Origin: the human T2T-CHM13v2.0 reference genome, Homo sapiens
Assembly: GCF_009914755.1 (NCBI RefSeq)
Contig: NC_060933.1
Reading direction: 5' to 3' (one strand)
DNA: 64,000 nt
The notes under the pieces are model-generated. The model was not told the origin of the DNA. It searched no databases and saw only the letters and a list, made by a program, of their open reading frames with translations. This document shows, in pieces, positions 29,095-43,519 of the stretch. A program made the position numbers and the translations under genes. Numbering within the stretch: the first letter of the stretch is position 1; each line of letters opens with the position of its first letter.

Positions 29095-29250
29095 CAAAAA
29101 GTGCATTGAATTTTGATGTTAGATAAACTTGGGCTCACTCATTCGATAAATATCAGATAAACTTCAGGCTTTTCCACTTATTTACAGTGGAACCCTTGGA
29201 CAAATCTTTAAGTTTCTCTAAATACTAGTTTCTTTTTATCTTATCTTTAT
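29095..29250 (+). mobile_element. MIR 5' part, split by L1PB (remainder about 34002-34100)
   Basis: ACCCTTGGACAAATC.TTTAA.TTTCTCT..AGTTTCT resumes as CCTATCTCATA..TGAGGATTAAATG. Confidence 0.55.
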
Positions 29251-29993
29251 ACTGAGATAAATTACAGTCAACATGATGTCTGTAATAGTACCTAACATCT
29301 CAATATTAATGAATATAAATGGTCTAAATGTCCCCTTTAAAAGATATAGATTAGCAGAATGGGTGAAAAAATCACAAACCAATTATCTACTCTCTTTAAG
29401 AGACACACCTAACACATAAAGATTCTTGTAGACTCAAGGTAGAGGAGTGGAAGAAGATATTCCATGCAAACGGAAACCAAAAGCAAGCAGAAATAGCTAC
29501 TCTTGTATCATATAAAATAGACTTTAAAGCAACAACTGTAAAAAAGAAAAATAGAACAAAGAAAGTCATTGTATAATGATAAAAGAATGAATTCATCAGG
29601 AAGATATAACAATCCTAAATATACATGTGCCTAACTCCAGAGCTATCAGATTCACAAAACAATTACTACTACACCTAAGAAAAGAGATAGACAGCAATAC
29701 AGTAATAATGGGGGACTTCAATACTCCATTGACACCATCAGTTGGATCATCAAGGCAGAAAGTCAACAAAGAAACACTGGACTTAAACTGTACTCTAGAA
29801 CAAATGAACCTAACAGATATTTACATAACATACTACCCCCAAAATGCAGAATATATATTCTTCTCATCAATACACAGAACATTCTCCAAGATAGATCATA
29901 TAATGAACCACAAAACAAATCTCAATACATGTTTAAACACTGAAATTATATCAACTATCTTCCCAGAACACAGTGGAAAAAAACTAGAAATCA

Positions 29994-30333
<340 letters not shown>

Positions 30334-30947
30334 ACATTAAACAACCTGTTCCTGAGCGACTTTGGGGTTAGCAAAGAAATCAAGATGAAGATTTTAAAAT
30401 TTTTCAAAATGAATGATAACAGTGACACAAGTTATTGAAACCTCTGGAATATAGCAAAAGCAGTGCTAAGCAGAAAATTTATAGCATTTAGTGCCCACAT
30501 TAAAAAAAAGTCAGAAATACCACAAATTGACAAGTAACATCACACCTCAAGGAACCAGAGAAACAAGAACAAACCAAACCCAAAGCTAGCTGAAGAAAGG
30601 AATAAGAAAGATCAGATCAGACCTAAATAAAATTGAAACCCGCAAAAAAAAAAAATCAATGAAATGAAAAGTTGGATCTTTGAAAAGAAACAAAATTGAT
30701 AAACCACTAACTAGAATAACCAAGAAAAAAAGATTCAGACGTGCTCCATTAGAAATGAAAATGGAGACATTACAACTGACAAAACAGAAATACAAATTAT
30801 TGAGACTACTATGAACATCTCCAGGCACACAAACTAGAAAATCCAGAAGAAATGAATAAATTCCTGGAAACATACAACACCCCTAGCTGAATCAGGAAGA
30901 AATAGAAATCCTGAACAGACCAATAACAAGCAGTGAGATTGAATCAG

Positions 30948-30980
30948 TAAACAAAACAAAACAAAACAAAACAAAACAAA
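30948..30980 (+). repeat. (AAAAC)n microsatellite
   Basis: About six tandem units. Confidence 0.9.
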
Positions 30981-33240
30981 GACCTTTCAACAAAAAAAGC
31001 CCAGGGCCAGGTGGATTCACAGCTGAATTCCATCAGACATTCAAGGAAGAATTGGTACCAAACCTGCTGAAACTATTCTAAAAGATGGAGGAGGGAATTC
31101 TCCCTAGCTCATTCTACAAAGCTGGTATCACTCTGATACCAATGCCAGGAAAGGAAAGAACAAAACAAGAAAACTAGAGGCCAATATCCCTGATAAACAT
31201 TGATGCAAAATTTTTCAACAAAATACTAGCAAACTGAATCTAACAGTACATCAAGAAAAAAATTACCATGATCAAGTGGGTTTCATTCCAGGGATTCAGG
31301 AATGATTCAATATAAGCAAGTCAATATATGTGATTCATCACATAGCAGAATTAAAAACAAAAATCATATAATCAGCTCAATAGATGCAGAAAAAGCATTT
31401 GATAAAATCCAGCATGATTTTATGTTAAAAACCTTCAACAAACATAGACAGAACATATCTCATACATATGTTCTATGAGATATGAACATGGACATAGATA
31501 TAGGCATAGATAGAACATATCACAAAATAATAAGAGCCATCTATGACAAACCCACAGCCAACATTATATTGAATGGGCAAAAGTGGAAAGCATTTACCTT
31601 AAGAACTGGAACAAGACAAAGATGTTCACTTTTACCACTTCTATTCAACATAGTTCTAGAAGTCCTAGCCAGAGCAATCAGGCAAGAGAAGGAAATAAAG
31701 GGCATGCAAATTGAAAAAGAGGAAGTCAAACTATCTCTGTTTGCTGATGATATGATCTTATATCTAAAGATACTCCCAAAAGACTCCTAGATTTGATGAA
31801 TGAATTCAGAAAAGTCTCAGGTTAGAAAATCAATGTACACAAATTAGCACCACTGCTATACAACAACAACCAAGCTGAGAATCAAGTCAAGAACTCAATC
31901 TCTTTTACAATAGTTACAAAAAAGTACCTAGGAATATAGCTAACAAAGGGGGTTAAAGATTTCTACATGAAAAACTACAAAACATTGCTGAAAGAAATCA
32001 TAGATGACACAAACAAATGGAAACACATCTCATATTTATGGAATTGAAGGATCAATATTGTGAAAATGACCATACTACCCAAAGTAATCTACAAATTGAA
32101 GTCAATTCCTATCAAATACTGTCATTTTTTCACAGAACTAGAAAAGGCATTTCTAAAATTCATATGGAACTAAAAAAGAGCCTGAATAGCCAACGCAATC
32201 CTAAGCAAAAAGAACAAATCTGGTGGCATCACATTACCTGACTTCAAATTATACCAGAAGCCTATAGTAACTAAAACAGCATGGTACTGGTATAAAAGTA
32301 GATGCATAGATTAATGGAACAGAATAAGAGCTCAGAAATACAGCCAAATATTTACGACCAATTGATCTTTGACAAAGCACATAAAAAGATAAATGGGGAA
32401 AAGAAACCTTAGTCAATAAATGGTGCTGGAAAAATTGGATAGGCACCTGTAGAAGAATAAAACTGGATCCTTGTCTCTCACCATATACAAAAATTAACTC
32501 AAGATGGATTAAATACTTAAATCTAAGATTTGAAACCATGAAAATTCTAGAAGAAACCCTAGGAAAATCTCTTCTGGACATTGGCCTAGGCAAAGAATTT
32601 ATGACTAAGACCCCAAAAACAAATGCAACAAAAGCAAAAGTAATAGATGAGACCTAATTAAACTAAAAAGCTTCTGCACAACAGAAGAAATAACCACAGT
32701 AAACACACAACCTACAGAATGGGAGAAAATATTTGCAAACTATGCATCTAACAGAGGACTAATAACCAGAATCTACAAGGAATTCAAATCAGCAAGGAAA
32801 AAAACAAATGATCCCATTAAAAAGTAGGCAAGAAACATATAGAGACACTTCTCAGAAGAGGACATACAAATGGCCAACAAACTTATGGAAAAAATGTTCA
32901 ATCATTGGGAAAATGCAAATTAAAACCAGAATGAGATACCACCTTAACCCAGCCAGAATGGCCATCATGAAAAAGTGAAAAACAATAGATGTTGGTATAG
33001 GTGTGGTGAAAAGGAAACACTTATACACTGCGGATGGGAATTTAGTACAACCTCTATGGAAAACAGTATGGATACTTCTCTAAGAACTAAAAGTAAACCT
33101 ACAATTTGATCCAGCAATGAAAAGAAGTCATTATATACTGCATGTGTATGTTTATCACAGCACAATTCACAATAGCAAAGATATGCAATCAACCTAAATG
33201 CCCATCAACTGATGAGTGGATAAAGAAAATGTGATATCTA

Positions 33241-33265
33241 TGTGTGTGTATATATATATATCACC

Positions 33266-33306
<41 letters not shown>
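33241..33306 (+). repeat. (TG)(TA)(AC)n compound microsatellite
   Basis: Perfect (AC) run 33269-33306. Confidence 0.92.
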
Positions 33307-33308
<2 letters not shown>

Positions 33309-33344
33309 TAGAATACTACTCAGCCATAAAAAAAGAATAAAATA

Positions 33345-33635
<291 letters not shown>

Positions 33636-34129
33636 AAAGAATAAATGTCTTTTGCAGCAACTTGGATGGAACTGGAGGCCATTATCCTAATTGAAGTAAC
33701 TCAGGAATGAAAAAACAAACTCCGCATTCTCTCTCCCGTAAAAGTGAGAGCTAAGCTATGGGTATGCAAAGGCATATACAGAGTGATATAACGGACACTG
33801 GAGACTCAGAAGGGGGTGGGTGGGAGGGGAGTGACGGATGAAAAACTACCTATTGGAAACAATGTACACTACTCAGGTGACGGGTGCACTAAAATCCCAA
33901 ATTTCATCACTATACAATTAATCCCTTTAACCCCAAACCACTTGTACCCCTAAAGCTATTGAAATATTAAAAATAAACATAAATAAAATGAGACAAATTA
34001 CCTATCTCATAAACTTGATCTGAGGATTAAATGCAACGGTGGGTTAAAAAAAACTCAGTAAGTTGATCCATGTGTCTAGTGTACATTTTTACCTATTAAA
34101 TGTCATTTAAGCAGTAAGTGTGCTTTGAT

Positions 34130-34600
34130 GTTGAAACAGAGACCTCCCTCAATATTTATTATTTTCTTCGTTAGCATTTGAACCCCTAATTCTTAGCTGG
34201 ATACATGGCACCTATGAAAGAAAGACTATATTTCTCAGATTCTTTAAAGCTAGTTATACCCTGTGACTAAATTTCTGCCAATGACCTATACGTGGAAATA
34301 CCAATGACATGTAACAGCTTCCGGGAAGCCTTCTTAAAAGATATTTGCCTAGAAAGAAGAGTGACGGCTGGAGTTCTTATAGCCATATTTTCTCATGAAG
34401 ATGAGGATCACACTAGGGTGAATGAAGCAGTGAGCTAACAAAAGCCTAGGTTTCTGAAGATGATGAAACAGCTACTTTGATGACGCAGTTAATTCAGCCC
34501 TCTACTGCTACTTCCAGGTTTCTTTAAATTTGAAAGAAATGATCTTCTATGTTCTTTCCGTCATTGTTGATTGTTACTCATAGCTCACCCTAATCCCAAA
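34130..34600 (+). mobile_element. Old MaLR LTR (MLT1I/J-like)
   Basis: ACTATATTTCTCAGATTCTTT..AGCTAG..TGTGACTAAATTTCTGCCAATG; GATGGCTGGAG-like and AGCCAT motifs. Confidence 0.55.
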
Positions 34601-35639
34601 ACGGCAATATGTAATCTATAAATCTAAAAAGAAATACATATTTGCAAGGTATATGCTGTAGTGAACAGCATCAGAGATCATAACAGATAGAATGGCACAA
34701 ACAAAAACACCCTGGATTTTGATGCAGGACCTGGGTTTGAATCCCAGTCTTTGTCAAGCGATGTTAACATTCCGTTCAACTCTCTGAATCTCACTCATTG
34801 TGCTCTCATTTAAAGTAAGATTATATGCCCTCTATGCTTCCTTCCCGTTCCAGCTTCCCAAGGCTTTATCATTTTCAGTATGGTTGTAAGCACCATCTAT
34901 TCACAAATAGATTAACATATAGGATACTATGTAGTGTAGGTAAGTGATAGCTACATTTTCCTGATTTAAAGATAGAAAATCAGTTTATAAATATTAAAAC
35001 TACTTTTCTGCAAGTTCCAGGGCTAGAAGTTGTAAATTTGACTGAAACTCCTCACTGATAGAGCAGAAAGTAAATGAAGTTGCAGAAAAAGTAAAACTGA
35101 ACACATAGGGGAAATTCGTCAGAGAGGAACTTGAAGGCAAAGAGGAAGGGAGACTTGTAAGAAAAAAAAAAACACCTCAGAGGCAAAAAAAAAAAAAAAA
35201 AAGAAAGAAAGAAAGAAAAGCTGCTTCAGGGTGTCCACAGCCACTGTCAGGTGAGTGATGTAAATCAGTTCTTTTTCACACTTCTTTTTTGTGCAAAATA
35301 TATGTTCTTGGTGTTGAGGGACCATCCTGATTTCATGTAACCTGTTTCTTTGCAATAAAGAAGGCGATTCATTAAATGTGTAACTAAATGTTATTCCATT
35401 TTTATAACCTTGCTAGGCTTCTCATATAAAAATAAAAAAAATTTTGTCAGATCAGACAGCTGAACCTCTCTAAGCATCAAGTTTAAAAGAATCCCAACAT
35501 GATCAGTATCTGCTGAAGTTTTCTTACTGGTCTCCCTGCCTTCTGTCTCTCACTCTCCCATTCAAAAACATATTTCATTCCTCAACTTGGAAAACATAGG
35601 TCATCCTTCTAGAAGTAAAATCAGGGAGGGTGTGAAGAT

Positions 35640-35870
35640 GAGCAGTGTCCAGAGCACAGAGTGATAGAGACCACTATGTGGTGTAAAGGCTGCCTCTCCC
35701 CTCCCTCCCAACCTGTGCTCACCTCAGACATCATCAGTCAAGCACGGCAGCCTCTAACTATGAGTGTGAATGTGCCTCACAATCCTTTCTTCTGACCGCC
35801 ATGCTCCAGGCAGCCACTATCAATTGATTGGAGAGAAAATTTGAGGTGAAAACAGTTTGCTATCCCTGGC
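35640..35870 (-). mobile_element. Old hAT MITE (MER112-like)
   Basis: CAGACATCA..GCTCCAGGCAGCCACTA.CAAT.GATT..TTTGCTATCCCTG. Confidence 0.5.
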
Positions 35871-36099
35871 CTAGAGCTTAGTCTGAATGATGGAACCAAA
35901 TGCACTGAATTTTATTGAAATAAATGTCAGAAAAATTAACTGAATGGACTCAGGAAAGATAGTTGTCTTCTGGAAAGCAAGGAAAAGATTGAATGTAAAG
36001 GACTGCTGGTGCTGTGGCCCCATAGTAGAAAAAAAAAACTAATAAAGTGGGATGAGGTAAAGCCGCATGTACTAGGAATCCTCAGAAACAGAAGGAACT

Positions 36100-36400
<301 letters not shown>

Positions 36401-36629
36401 TTAAAAGAAAGAGACAGAACCAAGGTGAGCCCTTGGAATTATTACCCAGTTCCAGGGACTTAAGTTTGACCATTGTTGCCTAAAAGAGGAAGTGCTTTGA
36501 CCTGACAGTTGGGCACGCAATGTCCATGCAAACCGGGAGCTACTGTGACTGTAGGTAGGCAGCCTCGCTGAGCTGCCTGTAGGGCAAGGCCAGCCAGAAA
36601 CTGGCAAGACAAAAGGTTCCTGGTATGAT

Positions 36630-36830
36630 GAATGTAGGCAGGCTCTGGAGCCACAAATGATTCAGATCTACTTTCTATCATGTACTAATTTTGTGGCCTT
36701 AGGCAAATTATTTAACTCTCAGACTCAATTTTCTGAACAGATAACTAGGATTATCACAGCATCTCTCTCATAGTGCAATAGTAAGAATCTGGCACATGAT
36801 AAATGCTTATTAAGTGGTAGGTATCACTGT
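36630..36830 (+). mobile_element. MIR
   Basis: GGCTCTGGAGCCA..TGTGGCCTTAGGCAAATTATTTAACTCTC..CTGGCACAT. Confidence 0.7.
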
Positions 36831-37769
36831 AGTTATTTTTTCACCATATCTCTGCCTCTCTGGAGAAAGCAGATTTGCAGGATCCCCCCCTTCAAAATGA
36901 CAAGAGTCTAAACTAATATTAGTTAGGCTACTACTGGGAATGCACATTATTGCCAACAGATACGAAGCTGATTTGATGCTGGTTTTAGCTGTTGAGAGAG
37001 CTGGTTTATTTCTGGTTAACCTTATACTTTTGACCCTTCAGTGGTCCCCACTGAAAACTCATAGTGTTTGCTCAGCCCTGAACTCTGACTTTCTGTCTTA
37101 TCAAACCTGAGACCGCTGAAAGTTCTAATCAGCTTCTCAGTGCTCCCTTTCCTTCAAGATCCTTGGCCCCTCAAATCCTGGCTGCCTTAGTAGCTCCCCA
37201 ACCTTACAAACAAGTGACTTTTAAGTATTTGTATTCAGGTTACTAGTTATTCTCAACAGGATTGTTTGTCCCTAAATGCTAGTTGGCCATTGCCAAAAGT
37301 GGAGACAAATTTTTACTTATTTAATGTGTATTTAGAAGAATAACTAGCACATTATTACTTAATTTAAAAAGGAAGTCATTTGAAGAAAGTAAACTACCTA
37401 GTAAAGAAGTTACATAAAAGAAACACTGATATTTGCAGTTCATTGGCGTAGTACATAGAAGGTTTCAATGTGTGTGCAGATCTTTATTACCTTTGCCTCG
37501 ATTACTACAAAAGTTTCCTTACTGGTCCCCCTGCCTTCTGTCTCTCACTTTCCTATTCAGAAACATACTTTACTTTATACCTCAACCTGGAATCTTTATA
37601 AAACACAAAACTTGGGATATCTACCACTTGACTGGAACCTTTCAATGGATCTTATGTTAGTGAAGCTTCTTTCAGAGTAAAAATGTCTTGAAGAATTAAG
37701 ATAATTATTTTCTTGCAAATAATAGATCCAAAGCTAACCAGTTTAAAAGTTGGTCAGTTAGCAGTTAGT

Positions 37770-38070
37770 TAGTGATGTCAGAGTCCTGCACTGGTTTCTC
37801 TGAATGTCTTTTTGTTTTCTATCTTTAGACAGAAGATGTTTGCCATGGATCCTAAAATCACATTTTCATACACTGACAAAAGCATGAAGGAATCGAGACA
37901 TTGTCTCTCTCTTTTTATCACAAAGGAAAATCTTTCTTTTTAGAAATCCTCCAGACATTTACCTTATGCCTTACTGGCCAGATCTGAGTCATAGATCAGC
38001 TTGCTGCAGCTGAGTCTGGGACAGTGAGAATCTGTGAAGTCCAGCCTCCACAGTAGGAGATGGGCTGTGT
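37770..38070. mobile_element. Old MaLR LTR fragment
   Basis: CCTTACTGGCCAGATCTGAGTCATA, AGGAAAATCTTTC motifs typical of MLT1J/K. Confidence 0.45.
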
Positions 38071-38090
38071 CAGTAAAAAAGAAGTAGGTA

Positions 38091-38390
38091 GCTCCCAGCA
38101 TTTTGGGAGGCTGAGGGGGGCGGATCACTTGAGGTCAGGAGTTTGAGACCAGCCTGGCCAACATGGTGAAACCCCATGTCTCTACCAAAAATATAAAAAT
38201 TAGCGGGGCCTGGTGGTGGCACACACCTGTAATCCCAGCTACTCAGGAGGCTGAGGCAGCAGAATAGCTTGAACCAAGGAGGCGGAGGTTGCTCATAATC
38301 TGGATGAGCCCAGATTATGCCACTACACTCCAGCCTGGGTGACAGAGCAAGACTCCATCTCAAGGCGGGGAGGGGGGGAAGAAGAAGAAG
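38091..38390 (+). mobile_element. 5'-truncated AluS with G/GAA-rich tail
   Basis: Starts at TCCCAGCA.TTTGGGAGG; tail GGCGGGAGGGGGGAAGAAGAAGAAG. Confidence 0.88.
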
Positions 38391-38830
38391 CAGATGGCTG
38401 CAAAGGTGCAGCAAAGAAGAATGACTGATTTTAAACAAATACTAGTATCTTCCTCAGGTACTTTTTTTTTTTTTTACATGATGAAGTCTGAACCTCTTAT
38501 GATGTGTTGGTAAATTTTTATGTTGCAAGAAACCCATACCACACTCAAGTAGTAATTAGCATTTATTGAAGAGATACATGGGAAGTAGAAAAGCACAAGA
38601 AACTAATTCGATAGGTTTCAAGGATACCTGGACACCAACCAGCCTAGATCACACCAGCTCTGAGCTCATCCAGAGCAGATGAGCTGAAGTGAGAGTCTCA
38701 TAACTCTACTCAGAAGCATTGCTTGTTGTGTTGAATCAGTTCCTCTCTGACTCTCCTCTCTCCAGTGCCTGTGTCTCTCAGCCATTTCTTTTCCCTCCGA
38801 CTGCTCCCGACCATTGACCCTGTGGATTTT

Positions 38831-39117
38831 TTTTTTTTTTTTTCAGATGGAGACTTGCTCTGTTGCCCAGGCTGGAGGCACAATCTTGGCTCACTGCAAC
38901 CCCTGCCTCCCGGGTTCAAGCAATTCTCCTGTCTCGGCATCCCGAGTAGCTGGGACTATAGGTGCATGCCACCGTGCCTGGCTAATTTTTGCATTTTGTT
39001 AGAGATGGGGTTTCAACACATTGGTCAGGCTCGTCTCGAACTCCTGACCTCAGGTGATCCACCCGCCTCAGCCTCCCAAAGTGCCGGGATTACAGGTGTG
39101 ACCCACTGTGCCCAGCC
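38831..39117 (-). mobile_element. AluS
   Basis: Perfect 15-bp TSD GACCCTGTGGATTTT. Confidence 0.93.
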
Positions 39118-39324
39118 GACCCTGTGGATTTTACATTCATACTTCCAGTGACAAGATTTGGCAGATCGGTCTCTTTCCTAAAGAGACCAATTCTCACATA
39201 CCCTAAGAGATTAAGCTCAAGCATTATGGGCCGTGATTGTTGATCCTTTAGGGGACCTTGTTTTATGCTTCCTGGGCTTCTTTGCTTATTTTACCACAGA
39301 ACCTACATTTCTGTCTTACAATTG

Positions 39325-39470
39325 TCTCTCCCTGGAGGCTTATTAAAATATAAATTTCCAAGCCCAGCCCCTAAGAGATTCTGACTATAAGGCATGAATG
39401 GGCTCAGGAATCTGCATTTTAATCTGCAGGATTCTGAGTGAGGAAACACGGACCACAGTTTTAAAACATC
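39325..39470. mobile_element. MER5A-like hAT MITE fragment
   Basis: AGAGATTCTGA..CAGGAATCTGCATTTTAA..GGACCACAGTTT. Confidence 0.6.
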
Positions 39471-40814
39471 AGATTGATGCATTAACCTTTTATATACTGT
39501 TTTTTAAATTCCCTCAAACAGTTTTGCAATTATTATTAAAACCCTGAATTCACCACTGAGGCATCAAAGGCTCAAAAAAGGCAGATGTAGACAATTAGGA
39601 AATAAAGGAGCCAGGATTCGAACTCAGTTCTGCTTGCTCAAAGCACCTGCTCTTGTGTCAGCACCCTGGCACTTCCCAGACTTCCTCCTTCCTCTTTAGC
39701 AAAGCTGGGCCAGGTCCAGGTCTCAGAGTGGCTGCTAAGGAGGGAAGCAGATGGTCCCTTCATGAGAGGGCACTGATGGAGCCCCAGTGTCTCTCTTCTA
39801 ATTAGCTTTTGCTAAGAAAGCAGTGGGATCCAGTCAACCAAGTTTTCCAGAGTGGTTAGTTTGAGAAAAGGAAATCACATAGTATGGTGCCAAGTTTTTT
39901 TAGCAGTTGCCTTTTCTGCAGCCACAGGAAGTTCTCTGAAGGCTTGTCACTATGTTACACAGCATCTGCGCTTTTCTCCCACTTACTCAAAATGATGGTA
40001 TGGCAGGAAAATAAGGCCTGCATGGCTTCAAGAGGAAATGCCCTGAGGTGAGGCTTCCAGTTTCATTTACATGGGAACCACACTGTGAGATTCAGAAGAT
40101 CTGAGTTCAAATTCAGACACTGCCACTCAGCAGAGTGTAGTTAAATTATTTAATGTATCTAGGTTTTTCTGCAAAATAGGTATAAGATCTCAGCCTCAGT
40201 TCTGTTGGAATTAACTGAGATTCTTGATTTGAGTGTGATACTTTAGTGATCAGGAGAAACCTCTTCCTCAGAGATGGAAACAGCCCACTGTTATTCAGGA
40301 AGCACTTGCACAGCCACGTGCTCACTCACTTGCCCCCACACCCTGCATCCCCATGCTGCTCCAGGGAAGTAGGAGAATCCAGGATTTCCTAAAGAATGGT
40401 TCAGGATGATTGCTGATCAAATTCTACAACCGACACACACTTGGAGTAACAAAAGCAGACGAAGGTATATCAGGGAACCCCAAAGCACTAGAGCCAGCAC
40501 AATGACTGAGACCTGTGTCTACATTTTTTATAATATTTAGGCCTTCATCCTGCACCCTTGCCACATCTGTGCCTTCTCATTGCTTACTTGAAAAAAATCT
40601 ATAAAATGAAAAAAAGGAAAATCTGTTCTGTTCTCTTCTGTAGCCAGCATTGGAAGGCCTCTTCCTTTTACATTGGCAGCAGCTTCTCCCCAGCTTTGGC
40701 TACAGAATAGAACAGAATCCCAGGGGACAGAAAGGGTTGTGGGAACATAAAGGGAGAAAACGTGAGTAACAAACATGGCCAGTTAACATATATGTATGGT
40801 CAGTGTAGTGCTTT

Positions 40815-41755
40815 TGATACAGGATTTTTCTCAGCCCCTTCACCAGACTTGCGGGAGGGTTGCCCCTTCTACTAGGCCCACTGCACTCAGCCCCTTGCAG
40901 GAGGGAGCATGTAAGCAAGTAAGTGCAAGATCTAGCCAGCTGTTCCAGGCACCAGCACAGGAGCAAGCTCTGTCTGGGGCCTGCAGTCAGATGGCACGCC
41001 ACCTTGAGGGGAATGTGGCGGCATCCAGGCGAGGGCGTCCCCAACCCCAAAGACCCAGAGGGGGTGTTACAGTGCTTTTTTAGTTCTGCCAGTCACAGTC
41101 CAATGGACAGCAGTGTTAGCAGCTCAGCTGGCCCCCTGCCTCCTCATGTGGGGTGGCTGCCCTCTGCCAGCAAAGGCAAAGGGCCAGTGTGACAGCCTTT
41201 TCTGGGTACCCACATTCAGTGGGCCCCAAGCTCTTATCCAGCATCCAAGAAGCATGAGGTCACACAGATGACTAAAGGATGGTGAAGGCAGAGAATTTTA
41301 TTGAGTGAAGAAAACGGTTCTTAATGGAGAGGGGGAATGGATAGGGTATGGGAAGGGCAGGTTGTCCTCCCCAAAGTTAGGTTATGTCTTCCCCAAAGTC
41401 AGGCCATCTTCTCCTCTACTGATTGAGTCTGAGGTCATTATAGGCACAAGATGGGGAGTGCATGCTGATTGGTTTGTGAGTATGCAGAAAAGGTTAAAGT
41501 GAAGACACCACTCAAAGGTGGACATGACAGTGTAGAAAACCAATCAGGAAAGGGTAGATATATGTAAAATAGGCGAAGGGTGGGGATCAATCAGAAGAAA
41601 GCACACTGAACAGGAAGACAAGTTATCAATCCAATCCAAGGATTTAACTTGTATCTTGGCTTTCAGGAGTTAAACTGTCTTCAGCTTGGAGGTGGAGTTT
41701 CACTGCATACCCGCCCCTATCTGCCCAGGCATTTGGCTGCCTCCTGTCACTATCA
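40815..41755 (-). mobile_element. ERV1-class solo LTR (LTR28/MER52 group)
   Basis: TGATA...TATCA termini; 4-bp TSD CTTT (40811-40814, 41756-41759); minus strand begins TGATAGTGACAGGAGGCAGCCAAATGCC. Confidence 0.82.
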
Positions 41756-41769
41756 CTTTGTTTAGAAGA

Positions 41770-42475
41770 GTAATTATTATTGTTTGAAAAAATTGTATAC
41801 CCAAGTGTAACATGCATACACAAAGAAAGTAAACAATTTTTAAGTGGAGAGCTCAATTATACTCACCGAACGGACACCAGTAAAAAAGATCAGGAACCAG
41901 AACAGTAGCAGTACCCCAAAAGCTCCTCTCAAACTCCCTTCAGTCACTACTTGCTATCCTGGCTCCTACAACATAGATTCATTTTTTCTAGTTTTAAATA
42001 TTTGAAATCATACAATATATATTTTTCTATATCTCAGTTCTTTTGCTCAACCTTACGTTCACAAGATATGTCTATGTTGTTGCAGGTAGGATAGCTTATT
42101 CATTCTCATTCTGTATTCTTCCATTGTGTGAATATTTTATAATACATTGATTCATTGTAATGTCGATATTGGTTTCCAGTTTGGGGCTCTTATAAATAGC
42201 GCTGCTATGGATGTCCTTGAACATATCTTTTGGTGGGTACCTGTACTCATTTCATTTGAATGTACATTCGAGAGCTGAAACACTGGATCAAAGTTATGTG
42301 TATGTTCAACTTCAGTAGGTATCACCCATGAGTTTTCCAAAGTGGTTATACATTTCCACCAGCAGTTTATGAGAATTTCAGTTGTACCACATCATTGACA
42401 ACACTTGGTATTTTTCTTTTTTTTTTTTCCTGTGTTTTTTTCTTTTCTTTTTAGCCATCCTCGTGGGTATATAAT
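41770..42475 (-). mobile_element. L1ME/MC 3' fragment
   Basis: GTTTCCAGTTTGGGGCT.TTA.AAATAG.GCTGCTATG, TTCCACCAGCAGT.TATGAGA. Confidence 0.75.
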
Positions 42476-42634
42476 CAGCCCAGCGAGTTTTAACAAGTAG
42501 AATTTCATGCAGGTTTGACAAACCCCATCAGTCCTTATAGTCTTACACAAGGCCACCTCACATATTTATGCTACCTGCTACATGCCTAAAGGCATTTAGT
42601 TTGAAACTCTGACATGTAGTCTGTCATTGAATTC

Positions 42635-43100
42635 TGTGAACAAACATGAACTTGAAAGAGCCAGTCCTTCAATATGGATCCCCAGTGGCAAACGGCCAAA
42701 TTTAAATAGGATCAAGCAGCCATCTACTGATTAGGGGTCACATATGTACTCTGAGTTCCCTGAAAACCTGCACCTTTTTATCTTTGGGACTTTCAGAGCT
42801 CACCTGAATCAACCATTCAGCACACACCTGCCTTGGCCAATCATGGCTCAGCTGCATTGACCAATTAGAACTCAGCTTTACCAACCAGGCAGAACTAAGC
42901 ATGTTTCAATCCTTCACTTGAATGAACAGACCTATTTGGGAATCTGGGTGGGAACTTTGCTATAAAACCGGAGCCTTCCCTTTGTTCTCTGGAGTGCACC
43001 TTCCTTTTACATTAGCAACTGCATCTCCCCAGTTTGCAAACTGTTCCCGGGAATAAAGTATCTTTCCTCCAAATTCCTTTTCAGAGAACTTTTGTTCTTA
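42635..43100 (+). mobile_element. Solo LTR (LTR47-like)
   Basis: Starts TGTGAACAAA; CCAAT boxes, TATAAAA at 42961, AATAAA at 43052; subfamily tentative. Confidence 0.6.
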
Positions 43101-43519
43101 ATTCTAAAACCAATTATGTTATTATTTACATTTTACTGAATCTGAAACTGAAACTCACACTCTTGCTGTGGGACATTGGGTCAATTAAAGTAAGAAAGTG
43201 AGCCAAGTGCCATCAAAGGCTGGACTTAAACTCCTACAAACGTAATAATTAGCCGGGAACAAGGCAGGTTGGTAGTAAAGCAGCACATTTTACCAGGAAA
43301 ACTAGGTTCTAATTCCTGCATGCATCCTTCTGTAACCAGCTGTACCAACTTAAGCAAATTAATATGCTGTTTTGAACCTCAGTTTACTTGCCTGTTAAAC
43401 AGGGATGACAATGAGATATCTTAAAGGGATGTTTGGTGGATTCAATGAGACCACATAAGTGAAAGTTGGCACAATGACTCAAAAATAGTAACTATCAGTT
43501 AAAAGACTTTGATATAAGA

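Noticed and set aside
40537-41502. Several 65-116 aa ORFs
   Set aside because: Mostly within the GC-rich ERV1 LTR
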